NCBI RefSeq assembly: GCF_009914755.1
Contig: NC_060935.1
Origin: the human T2T-CHM13v2.0 reference genome, Homo sapiens
Length of the DNA stretch: 64,000 nucleotides
Reading direction: 5' to 3' (one strand)
Within the stretch, counting starts at the first letter, position 1, and each line of letters opens with the position of its first letter. This document shows, piece after piece, positions 1 to 13,007 of the stretch. A model generated the notes under the pieces. That model had not been told where the DNA came from. It ran no database searches and saw only the letters and a list, made by a program, of their open reading frames with translations. The translations under genes were made by a program, and so were the position numbers.

Positions 1-1835
1 CCCTCTGCCTGGACCTTGAAGACAAATCCCATGCATCGGCCAGGTCTCTCAGCTGGAATTCATTCCTTCTCCTCTGCATCTGCGGAGAATTTTAGTCTAA
101 CCCCTTACCACAGCCAACTTTACTTAAGTAGATGGATGCCTGGCTCCCTTGCTGGGGCTGGGGGTGCCCCTTTCTATATCCACAGAAGCACGTAGAATAG
201 GGGAAGAGGAAGAAATTTCTCTCCTGTTTAGTCAGATCCATTTTCCCCACCTGGATTTTCAAAACTTTTTAATTTTGAAATGCTCTGTTCAATTTTCAAT
301 CTGGAATCTAAAGGGATGTGACAAGGCCGAGGTGATTACTTGGGAGTAAATGCAAGGAGAGTTTCCACTGCGTAAGGGAATGGACAGCACGTGGCTGGGT
401 AAATTTCAAAAAAGACAATGCTCAGAGTGAGTACTGTGTTTTCCAGTAAGTGGGAGACTTCCCCACCTTACCCCACCGGAGAAAGGACTCTTTGCCTTGA
501 AGCCCCTAGGACGACTACCCTTTCTTCACCTCCTCTTCCTGACCACCCCACATCAAAGAGCTGCGTCTATAATTCTGTCTTGCCCAGTCCATATCTCTAA
601 GAAATCCGAAGGCTGCTCTATTACCATCACAACCCATAGGGAGGAGAGAAAAGGTGCTTCCTAGACACAGGGACCCCAGAATGAGCTGCGCAAAAGGCAG
701 GAGGAGAGAAAGGTGGGCTGGAAGAAGGAGACCACGGAATCTGGCACGGCAAGGTATTCTTTCATCTGGCGTAGACCTCCAACAACCACTACCATCCCCC
801 AGCCCCTTCCAGAACTTTCCTTCACCTTCTCGGCTCACTCTCACGCTTCACCTTGTGCTTTTCCTCCGGCACCAGCACCCCATTTCAAACCGCTCTCTTC
901 CTATGTCTCCTCCAAACAGTAATTTATAAACACCGTGCTTTCAAATCCATCTCATTTCATCCTCACAGTACTATAGGAGGGCTGCCTTACAGGCTGTCAT
1001 TCGGAAGGGTTGGGGGGACTGGTCCTGCCAGACAATTTGCGAAGGTCGGGGCATCAAAACTTTTCTTTCCTGCCTCCCACGCCAAGCTAAACCTCTGCCT
1101 CCCCGAGTGCAGGGAGAAAAGCAAGGTCTTTGAAGTAAGGAGTCCTGAGTGGTTTTAGGCAAGTCCCTTCGCTTTTCTGAGCCTCACATTCCTCACCTGT
1201 CAACGGCTATAGTGACGCCTCTACTTTTCAGGGCGTGGGAGGTCAATGAGATCACTGGTGTGCCGCACTGAACTCGGGGATGGACTCTTTATTTCCAGTC
1301 AGTAAAGGGAGGTATTCTATGCATCACAGGCTTTTGCCCACGCCGCCACAGCGCGGCCGGCCCAGGGCTCTCCAGAGCGGGGCAAGTTCCCTGTCATCTG
1401 TGTCTCCGCCCTTCCTTCCCCAATCTCACCCAGGCTGGCCTCATCGGCTTGTTCCGCACCCACTCCCCAGCCCTACAGCCCCCACTCCGACCTGACAAGT
1501 GCCCCACCCCCACCTAGAGATCCCGCCTCTCCTTGCCCCACCCACCAAGGACTCCTCCCACAGTCCCGACCCTCATTATCCGGGCTTTTCCGACTATCAC
1601 CATCCGCCCTTGCTCTCCCAACAGCCCCGCCCCTCTAAGAGCTCTGCCCACTTCGGCTCACCTCGCTCCGAAACGCGCCCCCTCCCCCGCACCACAGGCG
1701 ATGCCATCCCCATTTCACAGATGGGAATGGCGAGGCTGGGATAGATTAGTCTCATGGTAAGACAGGTGCTCAGTGGGCCCACGTACCCTCGCCGGTAGTC
1801 CCCGAGCCCCGCGACCCCGGCCGTGCCGCACCCAC

Positions 1836-1889
1836 CTCCTGCCCTCGCTCTGCAGCCTCTCCCTCCGCGAGCGGCCAGCGCAGCTTTGC
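1836..1889 (-). other. KCTD21: Probable non-coding first exon of KCTD21; the rest of the gene lies left of the window
   Basis: Minus-strand donor GAG|GTGGGT at 1836/1835, with a second possible donor AGG|GTACGT at 1787/1786. Gene identity comes from recalled synteny (KCTD21 head-to-head with USP35); no KCTD21 coding sequence is in the window and the TSS is approximate. Confidence 0.55.
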
Positions 1890-1943
1890 GAGGGGGGCGG
1901 AGGGTAGGAGCCCAGCCCAGGGGCGTGGCGGTCCGGGGTCTGT

Positions 1944-2030
1944 GCGCTGCCTTCCGGGACTGGTAGTTCTCTCTGGGCTCCTCGCAGCTCGGCGCGTCGA
2001 GAGCGAACTCCATCTCCCAGGAGGCATTGC
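1944..2030. promoter_or_regulatory. Divergent pair of ZNF143/THAP11-type ACTACA-TCCC (SBS) motifs
   Basis: Minus strand 1968-1944 AACTACCAGTCCCGGAAGGCAGCGC and plus strand 2006-2030 AACTCCATCTCCCAGGAGGCATTGC both resemble the extended ACTACAnnTCCCAgnatGC consensus. Confidence 0.65.
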
Positions 2031-2181
2031 AGCGAGTTGCTCTGCGCCCCGCCTCGTCCCCGCCGGTGTCCGGCCGGCTGGCCTTAAAGGGGACGCGGTC
2101 AGAGTGGCAGCTCGCGGGGTGGCCCCCGCTCCGGCTCCGCCCCATTTCACGCACCTCGCCCCTCCCCATGCTTCATCCCGC

Positions 2182-2420
2182 AGCCCCGGGGCCGCGCCGC
2201 AGAGTCGGGCTTCCTGGATACATAGAGGCTTGTGCCAGGCGGGGTGGGAAGACTGGATTTTGCAGTGGAAGCAGCATCTCTTCCGTCTGGGACCTGGCTG
2301 AGGGCGTCCCCACCCTGGGGGGAGCAGAGGACCAGCCCTGACCTAGCCGGGCCCAGCCTCGTCCTGCCCGGCCTGAGCGCCCCGCCCAGCAGCCGGCTCT
2401 GGCCCACCGGGGTCCGGGAG
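2182..2420 (+). other. USP35: USP35 non-coding exon 1 (5'UTR); start approximate
   Basis: Strong donor GAG|GTAAGG at 2420/2421 inside the CpG island; no ATG in the interval; the next USP35 exon begins 10 nt before the ATG. Confidence 0.7.
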
Positions 2421-5084
2421 GTAAGGGGGTTGGGGGCGTGTGTCTGTCTTTGGGGGGCGGTGTCTGCACCCTGGCCTTTCGAGAACCCTGGACTTGCGAG
2501 CCCAGGGCTGGGAGTCGGGAGATCTGGGTGCATCCTGGGCCTCCTGGGCCTCACTGTGTGACCTTGGGCGAGTAGCTATTCCTCTCTGGGCATTAATCCC
2601 CTCCCTTCATCAATTGTATGTCGAAGTGATCCTGCTCCCTCCCCTTTCAGGTAAGAGGGCATTCGCACCCAGTACCTAGTACATTCGCTTGCTGGCTTTT
2701 CGTGGGGCCCTCCAGCTCAAGCGTGGGCTGGGCGCGGGTGCACTGGAGGGAGGGAGGTGGCACAAACTGGGGGGCCCGAGGCCACCATTGCTTGGAATGG
2801 GCTTTTCCTATTCTCAGTGTGCTGGGCCCTGGGATACCCTCCCCAACCCCCTCTTACGGCCCTGGCCCTTGCAAACCGGAGACCCTGATGTGTCAGCTTC
2901 GTGCCCTTCCTTCCAGAAAGCTTGGGGTGGAGTGCGGCCCTCACAGGTTTGTGAGGGGTGGCCCCGCAGGGATAGGTGTGTGTGGTGGGTTCCTGAGGAG
3001 GAATAGCTGCTCCTGCTTTCTTCCCTTCTCTCTCCTCCTTATCCTTTGAGGAAGAGCAGCTGCTTTTTACCAGTGAAACCCTTTTTTCTTTTTCTTTCCA
3101 GGAGACAGTTTGGTGGCCCAGACATGGGCCTCCCGGAGTAGGGTGAAGCACTTCTTCCCAGGGTTGCCTTGGGTAGAAGTTCAGTTAAAAAATACCTAGA
3201 GAGATGCTGCCATTCAGACACCTGAGGGGCCAGAGATGGAGGGCACCACCTGGTGTCGGGAGGGGCAGCCTGGTACCCCCAAGGAAGCTCTGGCTCCCAG
3301 GGGAGTCAAAGGAGGGAGGCTGGCTTCGAGGGTCAGAGAGGGGAGGAAATGTGCTCCTCAGCTCTTAGGTGCTGAGCAGAGGCTGGGAGGGGCTGCTCTG
3401 ACCTGGAGCAGGGAGAGGTTGAGTAACACCATGAAGCCTTCTTCTCAGGTCCTAGGAGATTCTGTGAGCTTTTGACCTGAAGGCTAACCAGGAACAGATT
3501 TTTTTTTTGTTTTGTTTTGTTTTTGTTTTGTGCTTTTTCTTTTGCTTTGGTTGTTTGAACAATTTCTAGAATGGCTAAAGCCTCAGTCCAGTCCAGTGAC
3601 CTCTGTAGGGGCTTTCTTGACTGATGTTTAAGATTTTCAGGGTTTTTGATATGCAAGACCAGGCCTGGGCAAAGGAGGGGGTGGTGACTGGACCAAAGGT
3701 TAGGCCAGTTTCTGGAAGGTACTTTTGTGGTTACATCTTTGGTTTTCTCTCATCTTGCTGTCACATGTCTCTCATGAGTTGCTTGACGCACCTTCACGGA
3801 CACCTCAGTCCTTGGTTCTGTACTGGGCACTGGGCTCAGAGACGGGGATTGGACCTCTGCCAAGGGAGGTCCCAGCCTGGTGGGAGACAGAGACATGGAT
3901 TCCAGTTATGCTGCAGAGGGATGAGAATAGCTAAGAGGGCCTTGGAGGCCAGAACTTTAGACACTTGAATTGTGGAGGGAAAAGGAAAGGCTTCCCAGAG
4001 GAGAGGGCATGTGAGCTGGGCATTGAAGGGTGAGTCAGAATTTTCCAGGAGAGAAGAGGGAAAAGCCCTTTTTCAGTAGAGGGGACATTGTGCAAAGTAG
4101 CAGTCAGGAAAAAGCCCCCTGCTCCAATGTCTGCAGAGTCTCCACTGAACAATGTTGCTTGAGTTCATCTCCACCCCTGCCCCACATCAGCTGAGTGTCA
4201 CAGAAAGGGCTTGCATGTCCGGCTCAGGAGTTTGGACCTTATTCTGGGTCCAAGGGGCTGGAGAGTGTTGAGAGTTCTGAGCAGGGGCATGGACGGAATG
4301 GTGCTTACCGTGTAATAAGCTCCATCTGACGATGCTGCATCTGGAGAGACCAAGGAGGGATGATGAAGCTTGAGCGGGGGCCCAGGGCGTGGCAGTGGGG
4401 CTGAGCATAGGAGTTGTGTACACACACATACACACACACAGGGTGCTTTGGGGTGATGGAGATAAGTCAGGCTCAACTGTGCAGGAGCAGAGATCAGTCA
4501 ACACTCGGCAGAAATGTTGAGGGTCATCCGAGAGGAACAGGTGAAAGGATCTGGGCCTTTTGGCAGAGGGATTGGGATTTTCCTGAGTGCTCACTGCGTG
4601 CCTTGGAGTGTGCTGGTGTTGCTGGGACGCCCCTCAGGCTGTCATGCCAGTAGGGCGAGGGGTATGAGGCAAGGGCTTGGGAGGAGCAGCAGCGCTGGCT
4701 GGGAAAGGCTAAGGGGTGGGCACGTAGTCACCTTCTATTTGGGCATTCCGAGGATCACAGAGGTAAAAGAACACCTACCTCCATGGTGGCTGGGCTAGAC
4801 TCGAAGCCTGGACTCTGTTCTCCTCTAGGACACATGCCTCTGTTGGAGGATGGATTGAGGGAGGGAATTGGGAGATGGGTTAGGAGGCTACTGCACTAGT
4901 CCAGGCAAGAAGTCAAGGGGTCTGATCCTGGGTGGGGCTGGGAACACCGAAGTGGCAGGGAGGGCTAATGGAGGAAATGCCTTGGAGAATCAGCAGGATC
5001 AGCAGTGCGTGTCTCCTTGTCTCCTTTCCCTGACAGTGTCTGTGTCTCCCATCAGTGCCAGGTGGCCCAAAAATAGACTCATGA

Positions 5085-5316
<232 letters not shown>

Positions 5317-6448
5317 CCTCATCTTTTTTATACCTTGTCTCAACCCTGTGAATGGTAGGCTTGGAATAGTCCCCATTTTCCAGATGAGAAGGCTAAGAAG
5401 CCAGGCAGGGGCTCACCCAAGGTCACCATGACTTTGAAGCAGAAAACCTGTATCTTCAGCTTTTAACACAGGCTCTCCTGGGGGAGGACATGGCTGCTGT
5501 TTGCTGCTGCGGTTGGTGCGGGGCAGCTGTCTCTTGAGTCAGAGCCAGCATGGACAGGCCATCTCCTCACCCGGGGCTTAGCAGGCTAATCCAGCCCTCC
5601 TGAGGGAGGCAGAGTGCAGGTTCTAATCCTGCTTTGCCAAGGCCATGTTCCTCTCTCTGAGCCTCACTTTCTTCATTCCTGCCAGTGGGATAGCTGGCCT
5701 TGTCCTCCCTTCCCTGGCCTGATGGGGCCAGGTGAGGTGCAAGCCTCTAAAACCCTTTTGTCTGAGTGCATGCAAGATATTGAGTGGGTTTGCTGGTGAC
5801 CATGGTGACAGCTGTCCTCAGACTGCCTGCGTGGGAGTTGGGGCAGGTGGGCAGGGCTTGCTTGCTGTGGCCAGGCTACGGACTGAGCAGAGGCTGCCGG
5901 CTGGCCTTGGAGATCAGAACTCTCATGGAGCAGCTCTATTTGAACTGTCAGCTGCCAGGCTTATGTGGTGTTAGGTAGAACAACATGAAATTGCCAACAT
6001 TTGATCATTCGGTTTCATGCGGTTCAGTCTAATAGCATTTGTCCCCATTTTACAGAAAAGAGGCTCATGGGTATGATTTACTGAGGGTCACACAATGAGT
6101 CAGGGCTAGAATGTAGGACTCCTCATTCCTAGTCTGATACTCTTTCTACTCTTTCTAGTACTCTTTCTACTACCAGAGTCTTCCCTGTCTCCAGAACTCC
6201 ATTTCTGCCTGCCCCCATGCCCTCTTGCTTCACACATGATGCCAGTGCCTCATGGATTAGGGTTTCTTCTTGGCTGCCTGAGTACCAGGATTTCTTGGCA
6301 TCCTGGGTTGAAAGCATATGAAATCCACTAGCCATCCCAGGGGTCTGGGAGGATGGACTGTTTGTGTGGGGGAGGTTGGCCACAGCAACTGCCTTGTCAC
6401 GGGCACTGCCTAGAAAGGGGACCAGGGCTGAAGGGAGAGTTAAAAAAA

Positions 6449-6763
6449 TTTTTTTTCTTTTTTCTTTTTTGAAACAGGAACTCACTTAGTCACCCAGGCT
6501 GGAGTGCAGTGGCGTGATCTCAGCTCACTGCAACCTTCGCCTCCCAAGCTCAAGTGAGCCTCCTGTCTCAGCCCCAACTAGCTGGGACTGCAGGTGTGAG
6601 ACACTACGCCTGGCTAATTGATGTAATTTTTTTTTTTTTTTTTTGTAGAGATGGGGTTTTGCCATGTTGCCCAGGCTGGTCTCAACCTCCTGAGCTCAAG
6701 CCATCTCCCCACCTCGGCCTCCCAGAGTGCTAAGATTACAGACATGAGCCACTGTGCCCAGCT
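6449..6763 (-). mobile_element. Old Alu (AluJ-like)
   Basis: Full dimeric Alu in reverse complement, diverged. Confidence 0.85.
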
Positions 6764-7086
6764 GGGAGACCAGTTTTTAAAGACACTTTATAGGCCTTTT
6801 GAGATTATACCTTGCAGGGGCACCCTTACAAACATTTCTGCCTCCCCCATCTGACTGGAAGCTCCTTCAAGGCAAGGACTTTGCTTCTGAAGCAACAGGA
6901 GTTGACATTTTCTGAGAACTTCCTTGTGCCCAGCTCAGAGAGCCTAAGTAACCTTTATGGGAACCAGAATGTATCCCAGATGAGCCACATTCAAAGAGTC
7001 AAAAACAACAACAACAACAAAACCCAGAATCGAACACATCATTTCCCTCATTTCCTCATTCAGGAAGCTTCGGGTGGACCCTGAAC

Positions 7087-7287
7087 TTTTTCTTTTCTTT
7101 TTTTGAGACAGGGTCTCACTCTATCACTTAGGCTGGAGTGCAGTGGCACGATCTTGCCTTACTTCACCCTTGACCTCCTGGGCTCGCCACCACCCTTGGC
7201 TGGTGTTGAACTCCTGGGCTCAAGTGATCTGCCTGCCTTGGCCTCCCAAAGTGTTGGGACTACAGGCGTGAGCCACCGCGCCCGGCC
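7087..7287 (-). mobile_element. Alu with an internal deletion
   Basis: Right-arm 3' part joined directly to the left arm. Confidence 0.75.
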
Positions 7288-7362
7288 GCATCTGAGCTTG
7301 TAGCAGGTGCCCAGGTGCTTCTGAGGCATTCTGAGGCTTCTGAGCAGGCCAGGATTTGGGAA

Positions 7363-7416
7363 CCACTGATGTCTGCCATGGTTACAACCCCACTGATGTC
7401 TGCCATGGTTACAACC
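7363..7416. repeat. Perfect 27-bp tandem duplication (CCACTGATGTCTGCCATGGTTACAACC x2)
   Basis: Read directly from the sequence. Confidence 0.95.
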
Positions 7417-8900
7417 TCTAACCAACAGTGAACTCTTAAGAGGCACACACTCTTGGCATGAGAGATGCTAGCCACAGACTAATAAACCCTGGTCCTTTCC
7501 TGGTGGAGCTCAGCCTGGTGAGAGAGACAGATATTTAAACAAATGGGCCCTTTGTATCGTAACACGTGCAGCAATGGAGGTTAGGTCACAGCTGAGAACT
7601 AGAACAGAGCAGGGAGCTCACTGGGTCTAGTACATAGTTGGGGTTCCAGAATATCTGTGATTCTGAATAAAACTTTCCAGCTTATTATCCCAGAAATTTA
7701 AGGCTTGTCCACACTCTAGCTCCAGTTCTCAGGCATAAGAGTAGTTTTTACTGAGCCCATAAGTTTAAACACCTGTTGTCTGCTGAGTCTTATATCAGGT
7801 CCTGCCTAGATTGGGCATCGAAGCAAAGAAATGGTTCTGCGCTCCAGGAGAGGCATTACGTGTTAGATGTTAAGAGAGCAAGCTGTGCCCATGTGAACCT
7901 GCATGAGAGGGCTCAAAGTGGGTTGGTGTGGGACAAAGTCTTCAGGAAACAGGCCAGGTGGAGGAGAAGGGCAGAAGGAAGGCTATTATGGCTCAGAGGA
8001 GTAAGGTAGAGATGACTCACACTGCACCCTGCATTTGCTCATCCAGCAAATGCCTGTCTGCTGGGCACTGTGCTAGGTGCTGGGGATACTGTGGTGAACA
8101 AAACCTGAAGCTGCCCTCAAGAACCATATACAGCATTGGAGGGGAGGCTGACCCCAATCAAGAAATCATGACAAGTGCTACCAAGGAGAAGGACAAGATG
8201 TTCTAATTTTTAATAAGGGAGATTGACCCAGGCAGGGAGCTCAGGTGAGGCTTCCTTGATGAAGTGACTTTCAGCTGAGGTCTGCAGGGGGAGGGAAGAG
8301 CATACACAAAGGCCCAGGGGCAGAGGGCACACGGTGAGCCAAGGGTGACAGGCCGGTGTGGGCTGAGGCAGGCAGAGCCCTAGGTGTGCAGGGCTGGAGC
8401 GCGGAGATGAGATGCTGTGCTTCGGTGGAGGGGACTGGGACCCATACCCCACCAGCACTAACTGATTCCAGCTGTAATGCAAGAGGCCCCAGCGGATTGT
8501 AGGAATTAAGGGTGGGGGATGGATTCCGGCCTGGAGGACCAGGGCTATTCTCACTGAGGACGGGTGCTTTAGATAGGCTTTGAAGGAAAAGACGCTTGCT
8601 TGGTTGTGTGAGAGCATGGTGGTCGTGGGGGCCTCAGGAGATAAGGACGTGTCAGGCAGAAGGCACAGCACACACACGAAGTGGAGTCTAGCCAAGGGGT
8701 AGGGGAAGGAGCAGGGAGTTGAGGCAGAAAGAAAGAGTGCGAGGCATTCTGGGACCTCTGTCGGTTCTCCCTTGGGGCCTCTTGCCCTTTCTCCACAGAG
8801 GTGTCATTTTTTGTGTGTGCCCCATCTCATCTCCCCCATGGAAATGACTTGGCTGAGACTCTGGACAGCAGCTTCTAGATCCTGCTCTTACCTGCCCTGA

Positions 8901-9365
<465 letters not shown>

Positions 9366-9528
9366 TGAAATGACGCCCTTGCCCCATTTCACAGATGAGA
9401 AAACTGAGGCCCAGAAAGTTTGAGTTGCTTGCCCTAAGTCTCAGCACTCGGGGACTGCACCGGGAACTCTTGAGCCCCGCGGTTGTCGGGCTGTGACCTC
9501 ATTCCCTGTCCTCCGCAGCGCGGGCGCC

Positions 9529-10201
9529 ATGGACAAGATCTTGGAGGCGGTGGTGACGTCGTCATACCCGGTCAGCGTGAAGCAGGGGCTGGTTCGGCGC
9601 GTGCTGGAGGCGGCGCGGCAGCCGCTGGAGCGTGAGCAGTGCCTGGCGCTGCTGGCGCTGGGCGCGCGCCTCTACGTGGGCGGCGCGGAGGAGCTGCCGC
9701 GCCGCGTGGGCTGCCAGCTGCTGCACGTGGCCGGCCGCCACCACCCCGACGTCTTCGCCGAGTTCTTCAGCGCGCGTCGCGTGCTGCGCCTGCTGCAGGG
9801 TGGCGCCGGCCCCCCGGGCCCCCGCGCGCTCGCCTGCGTGCAGCTGGGTCTGCAGCTGCTGCCCGAGGGGCCTGCGGCCGACGAGGTGTTCGCGCTGCTG
9901 CGGCGCGAGGTGCTGCGCACCGTGTGCGAGCGCCCGGGCCCCGCGGCCTGCGCGCAGGTGGCACGGCTGCTGGCTCGCCACCCGCGCTGTGTGCCCGACG
10001 GACCCCACCGCCTGCTCTTCTGCCAGCAGCTGGTGCGTTGCCTCGGCCGCTTCCGCTGCCCAGCCGAAGGCGAGGAGGGCGCCGTGGAGTTCCTAGAGCA
10101 GGCCCAGCAGGTGAGCGGGCTCCTGGCGCAGCTGTGGCGCGCACAGCCCGCCGCCATCCTGCCCTGCCTCAAAGAGCTGTTCGCAGTCATCTCCTGCGCA
10201 G
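9529..10201 (+). CDS. USP35: USP35 exon 2 (acceptor at 9519, ATG 9529), N-terminal helical-repeat region MDKILEAVVTSSYP...
   Basis: ccctgtcctccgcag| acceptor; Kozak gccATGG; donor CAG|GTGCGT; 673 nt, phase 1; lies in a second CpG island. Confidence 0.97.
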
Positions 10202-11218
10202 GTGCGTGTGCGGCCGGGGCAGGAGCGCGGGCATGCGGAGGTCCTGGGTGGGCGCTTGGGTAGGTGGCTGTACGTGTGGATTTGTGCATGCGGGCGCCCG
10301 TGTGGCACGAGTGTGCCAGGCGGCGAATGCTCAGGTGGAGGGCTGCAGCCTGCCTTCATGTAGGTGACACAACTGTCTAGAGCACCTGCTGTGGGTCCTC
10401 TCCTGCAGTGGGTGTTGGAAACGCAGGGAGGAGCACACTGGTGTGAAAAGGATACGGGTCAGCCTGGCCGGAGGGAGGAACGGGAAGTTGAGCAAGCCAC
10501 AGGATTTGGGGCGGGGGAGGTGGGGGGGGGGGTCATTATGGTCTTCGGGTCAGGTGAGTTTGATAGAAGCTATCACTTTAGAGCCAGGAGTTGACAGATT
10601 GGTGGCACCTGGCAGCAGGGGCAAGGTTCCCTGGGTAGGCAGAGGTGAGGGTCTGGAGAGGTGATGGAGTCTGCTATGCAGACTCAGAAACGTAAAATCT
10701 TGATCCTCCATTGACAACAGTGGAACTTAGACTACAGTGCAAGTGAGTGAAAGCAGATGTGTGCCTTCCCTGGTGATGAGGCTCTCCAGGGGAAAGGAAG
10801 GGAATGCACCTGGCAGGGTGAAGAACTGAGGACAACAGACTTCGAGAAGGAAATGGTCTTTCTCATCTAGGCCTCTGTGTGGCTCCACTTGGAGTATCTC
10901 CTTCCTCCAGTCCACGCAGCCCTCCCACCTTCTCTAGCGCCAGCGTTTCCCCTCCTAAAGGCCTTGCCCTGAAACCCACTCTTGATCAGTGCTTCGTCTG
11001 TGGCCAGCACAGGAGTAGCCCCAAGGCTGTGCTAGTGAAGGTTTGTTGAGTGAGTTTAGGTGGAACCAGAGACTTTGCTTGCTATAGGAGAGGAGGTGGC
11101 CTCTGCTGTGCTCTTCCTAGAGGCCCAGCCCGGTTCGTTGGCTCCTGCAGGGCATGGTGTGCTGGGGGAAGGGAGGGGCCTGCCTCCCTGCTAAGCTCAG
11201 CCCTGTCCCCTGTTCCAG

Positions 11219-11351
11219 AGGAGGAGCCACCATCTAGCGCCCTGGCCAGCGTGGTCCAGCACCTCCCATTGGAGCTCATGGATGGTGTTGTCCGGAACCT
11301 CAGCAATGATGACAGTGTGACAGACTCGCAGATGCTGACTGCCATTAGCAG
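11219..11351 (+). CDS. USP35: USP35 exon 3 (EEEPPSSALASVV...TAISR)
   Basis: tgttccag| acceptor; CAG|GTGGGA donor; 133 nt, frame-consistent with its neighbours. Confidence 0.95.
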
Positions 11352-12877
11352 GTGGGACGCTGAGGCTGAGCCATGATCAGGGCTGGGGCCCCTCCCTCTC
11401 TTCCTCTCAGAAGCCCCTTCTCCTGGGTGGGCCGCTGGGCTAGATTTGGAGTCAGAGGGCCCAGGCCCTCATGTGTGTTCCATCATCTATCCTTTCTTGA
11501 GCCCTGCTCTGTGCCTTGCCTGGGGCTGGATGTGGGGGACACAGAGAGCCTGCCCTAGTGATGCTGTCAGGCCAGGTACCAGCAGTGTGACCCTGGACAT
11601 GCCAGTGAGCTCTCAGCCTCAGTTTCCCCCTCTGTAAAAGCAGAGGTGGGTGGTGTCAGGCGTCCTTGGGGTTGGGTAAGAGGGTGAGAGTGCTTCACGA
11701 GGTGCTTTCTGAGTGGGGCAAACATGGGAAGCAGAGTTTGGGTGCTTTTCAGCTCACAGAGTCCTTGCATATCCCCCACCTCATCTGAACGTCCTCCTCC
11801 CTGTGATCTAGACGCACCTGCCTGTCCAGTTGTCCCAGAATATGCCGCTCCCCTCCTCCCTGCAGGCCTTTGCCTATGCAGACCCCGTCCACCTGGCATG
11901 CCTCCCTCTGCCATTCTTTCCATCCCGTGTGCAGATCCACCGTCTTCGTAGGGCCTTCCTGGATTCCTTGCCTTTAGTGGGTAAGAGTGTGGGCTCTCGA
12001 GGTAAGTTGCTAGAGGTCAAATCCCGCCTCTACCACTTCTTGCCTGTGCGACCTTGGACAAGTTACTCAACCTCTCTGTTTGAGTTTCCTCAACTGTAAA
12101 ATGGAGTATAACCAAACCCATCATCTAGGGTTGTTGTGAGGATTAAATTGGGTAAAACAAGATAATACACGAAACATGTCTAGAACTGTGCTGTGGGAGA
12201 CGCCGTTATCATTGTTATGACTTTGCTGTCATGGTTTTGTCTTTTTCTAGCACAGTCTGCTGAGTCTAGGCTGTTTTCCTCAGCACTGACTGCATGGCAG
12301 CTGTGTGCTCAGCCCGCACAGGCAGGCTGTGTTGTGGGGTCCAGAGGGGCTGATACATGTAAAGTTGATGGAATATCCTGCTCAATGGTGAATACGACCT
12401 AAGTGTTAGCTGCTGTTATCTCCTTTAATCCATACAAGAACCCTCTGAGGGAGGTATTATCCCCATTTTACAGAGGAAGAAACTGAGGCCCAGAGCGGGG
12501 AAGTGGCTTGCTCTGGGTCACACAGCAAGGACTTGCTGGAGCCAAAGCTTCTGGCCCAGGGGCAGTGCCCTTCCAGGCAGAAGCAGCTGAAAGCCTTGTT
12601 CTGGCATTGCAGCCCAGTGTGGAGGGGCGAGACTTGGGGTGCTGAGAGGGCCTGGCTCCCTTCTTGGTGGGCTGGGAGCCTCAGTGTCTGGCAGGTGGCT
12701 GTGCTGGGCTTGTGCATTTCCCAGCCATGTCTGGTTCAGCCCACAGACCCCGGGGCTGCCCTTTGCAGGTGTGAGTCAATGTGGGAACCCAGGACATTAC
12801 GGATAGCCCCTGGGCTGCCCTCACCCCAGCATTTTGGGTGTCCCTTGTCCCTGTGTCACTGTCACTCCCCTCACCAG

Positions 12878-13007
12878 GATGATTGACTGGGTGTCCTGGC
12901 CCCTGGGGAAGAATATTGACAAGTGGATCATTGCACTGCTGAAGGGCCTGGCTGCTGTTAAGAAGTTCAGCATCTTGATCGAGGTTTCGCTCACCAAAAT
13001 TGAGAAG
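12878..13007 (+). CDS. USP35: USP35 exon 4 (MIDWVSWPLGKN...LTKIEK)
   Basis: cctcaccag| acceptor; AAG|GTTGGT donor; 130 nt, cumulative 936 nt, phase 0. Confidence 0.95.

Larger units (their letters stand above)
1330..2740. promoter_or_regulatory. CpG-island bidirectional promoter shared by USP35 (+) and the divergent minus-strand gene (probably KCTD21)
   Basis: High GC and CpG density; GC boxes (ggggcgg ~1894, gggcgtggc 1921, ccccgcc ~2047 and ~2058, ctccgcccc ~2135); outward-facing splice donors on both strands (1836 minus, 2420 plus). Island edges are approximate. Confidence 0.85.

Noticed and set aside
1597-2561. 100-190-aa ORFs across the promoter
   Set aside because: CpG-island artefacts with no recognisable domain or splice structure.
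9562-10367. Several 125-242-aa alternative-frame and antisense ORFs over USP35 exon 2
   Set aside because: Very high GC content suppresses stop codons; Ala/Arg/Pro/Gly-rich low-complexity translations, mostly with non-ATG starts.
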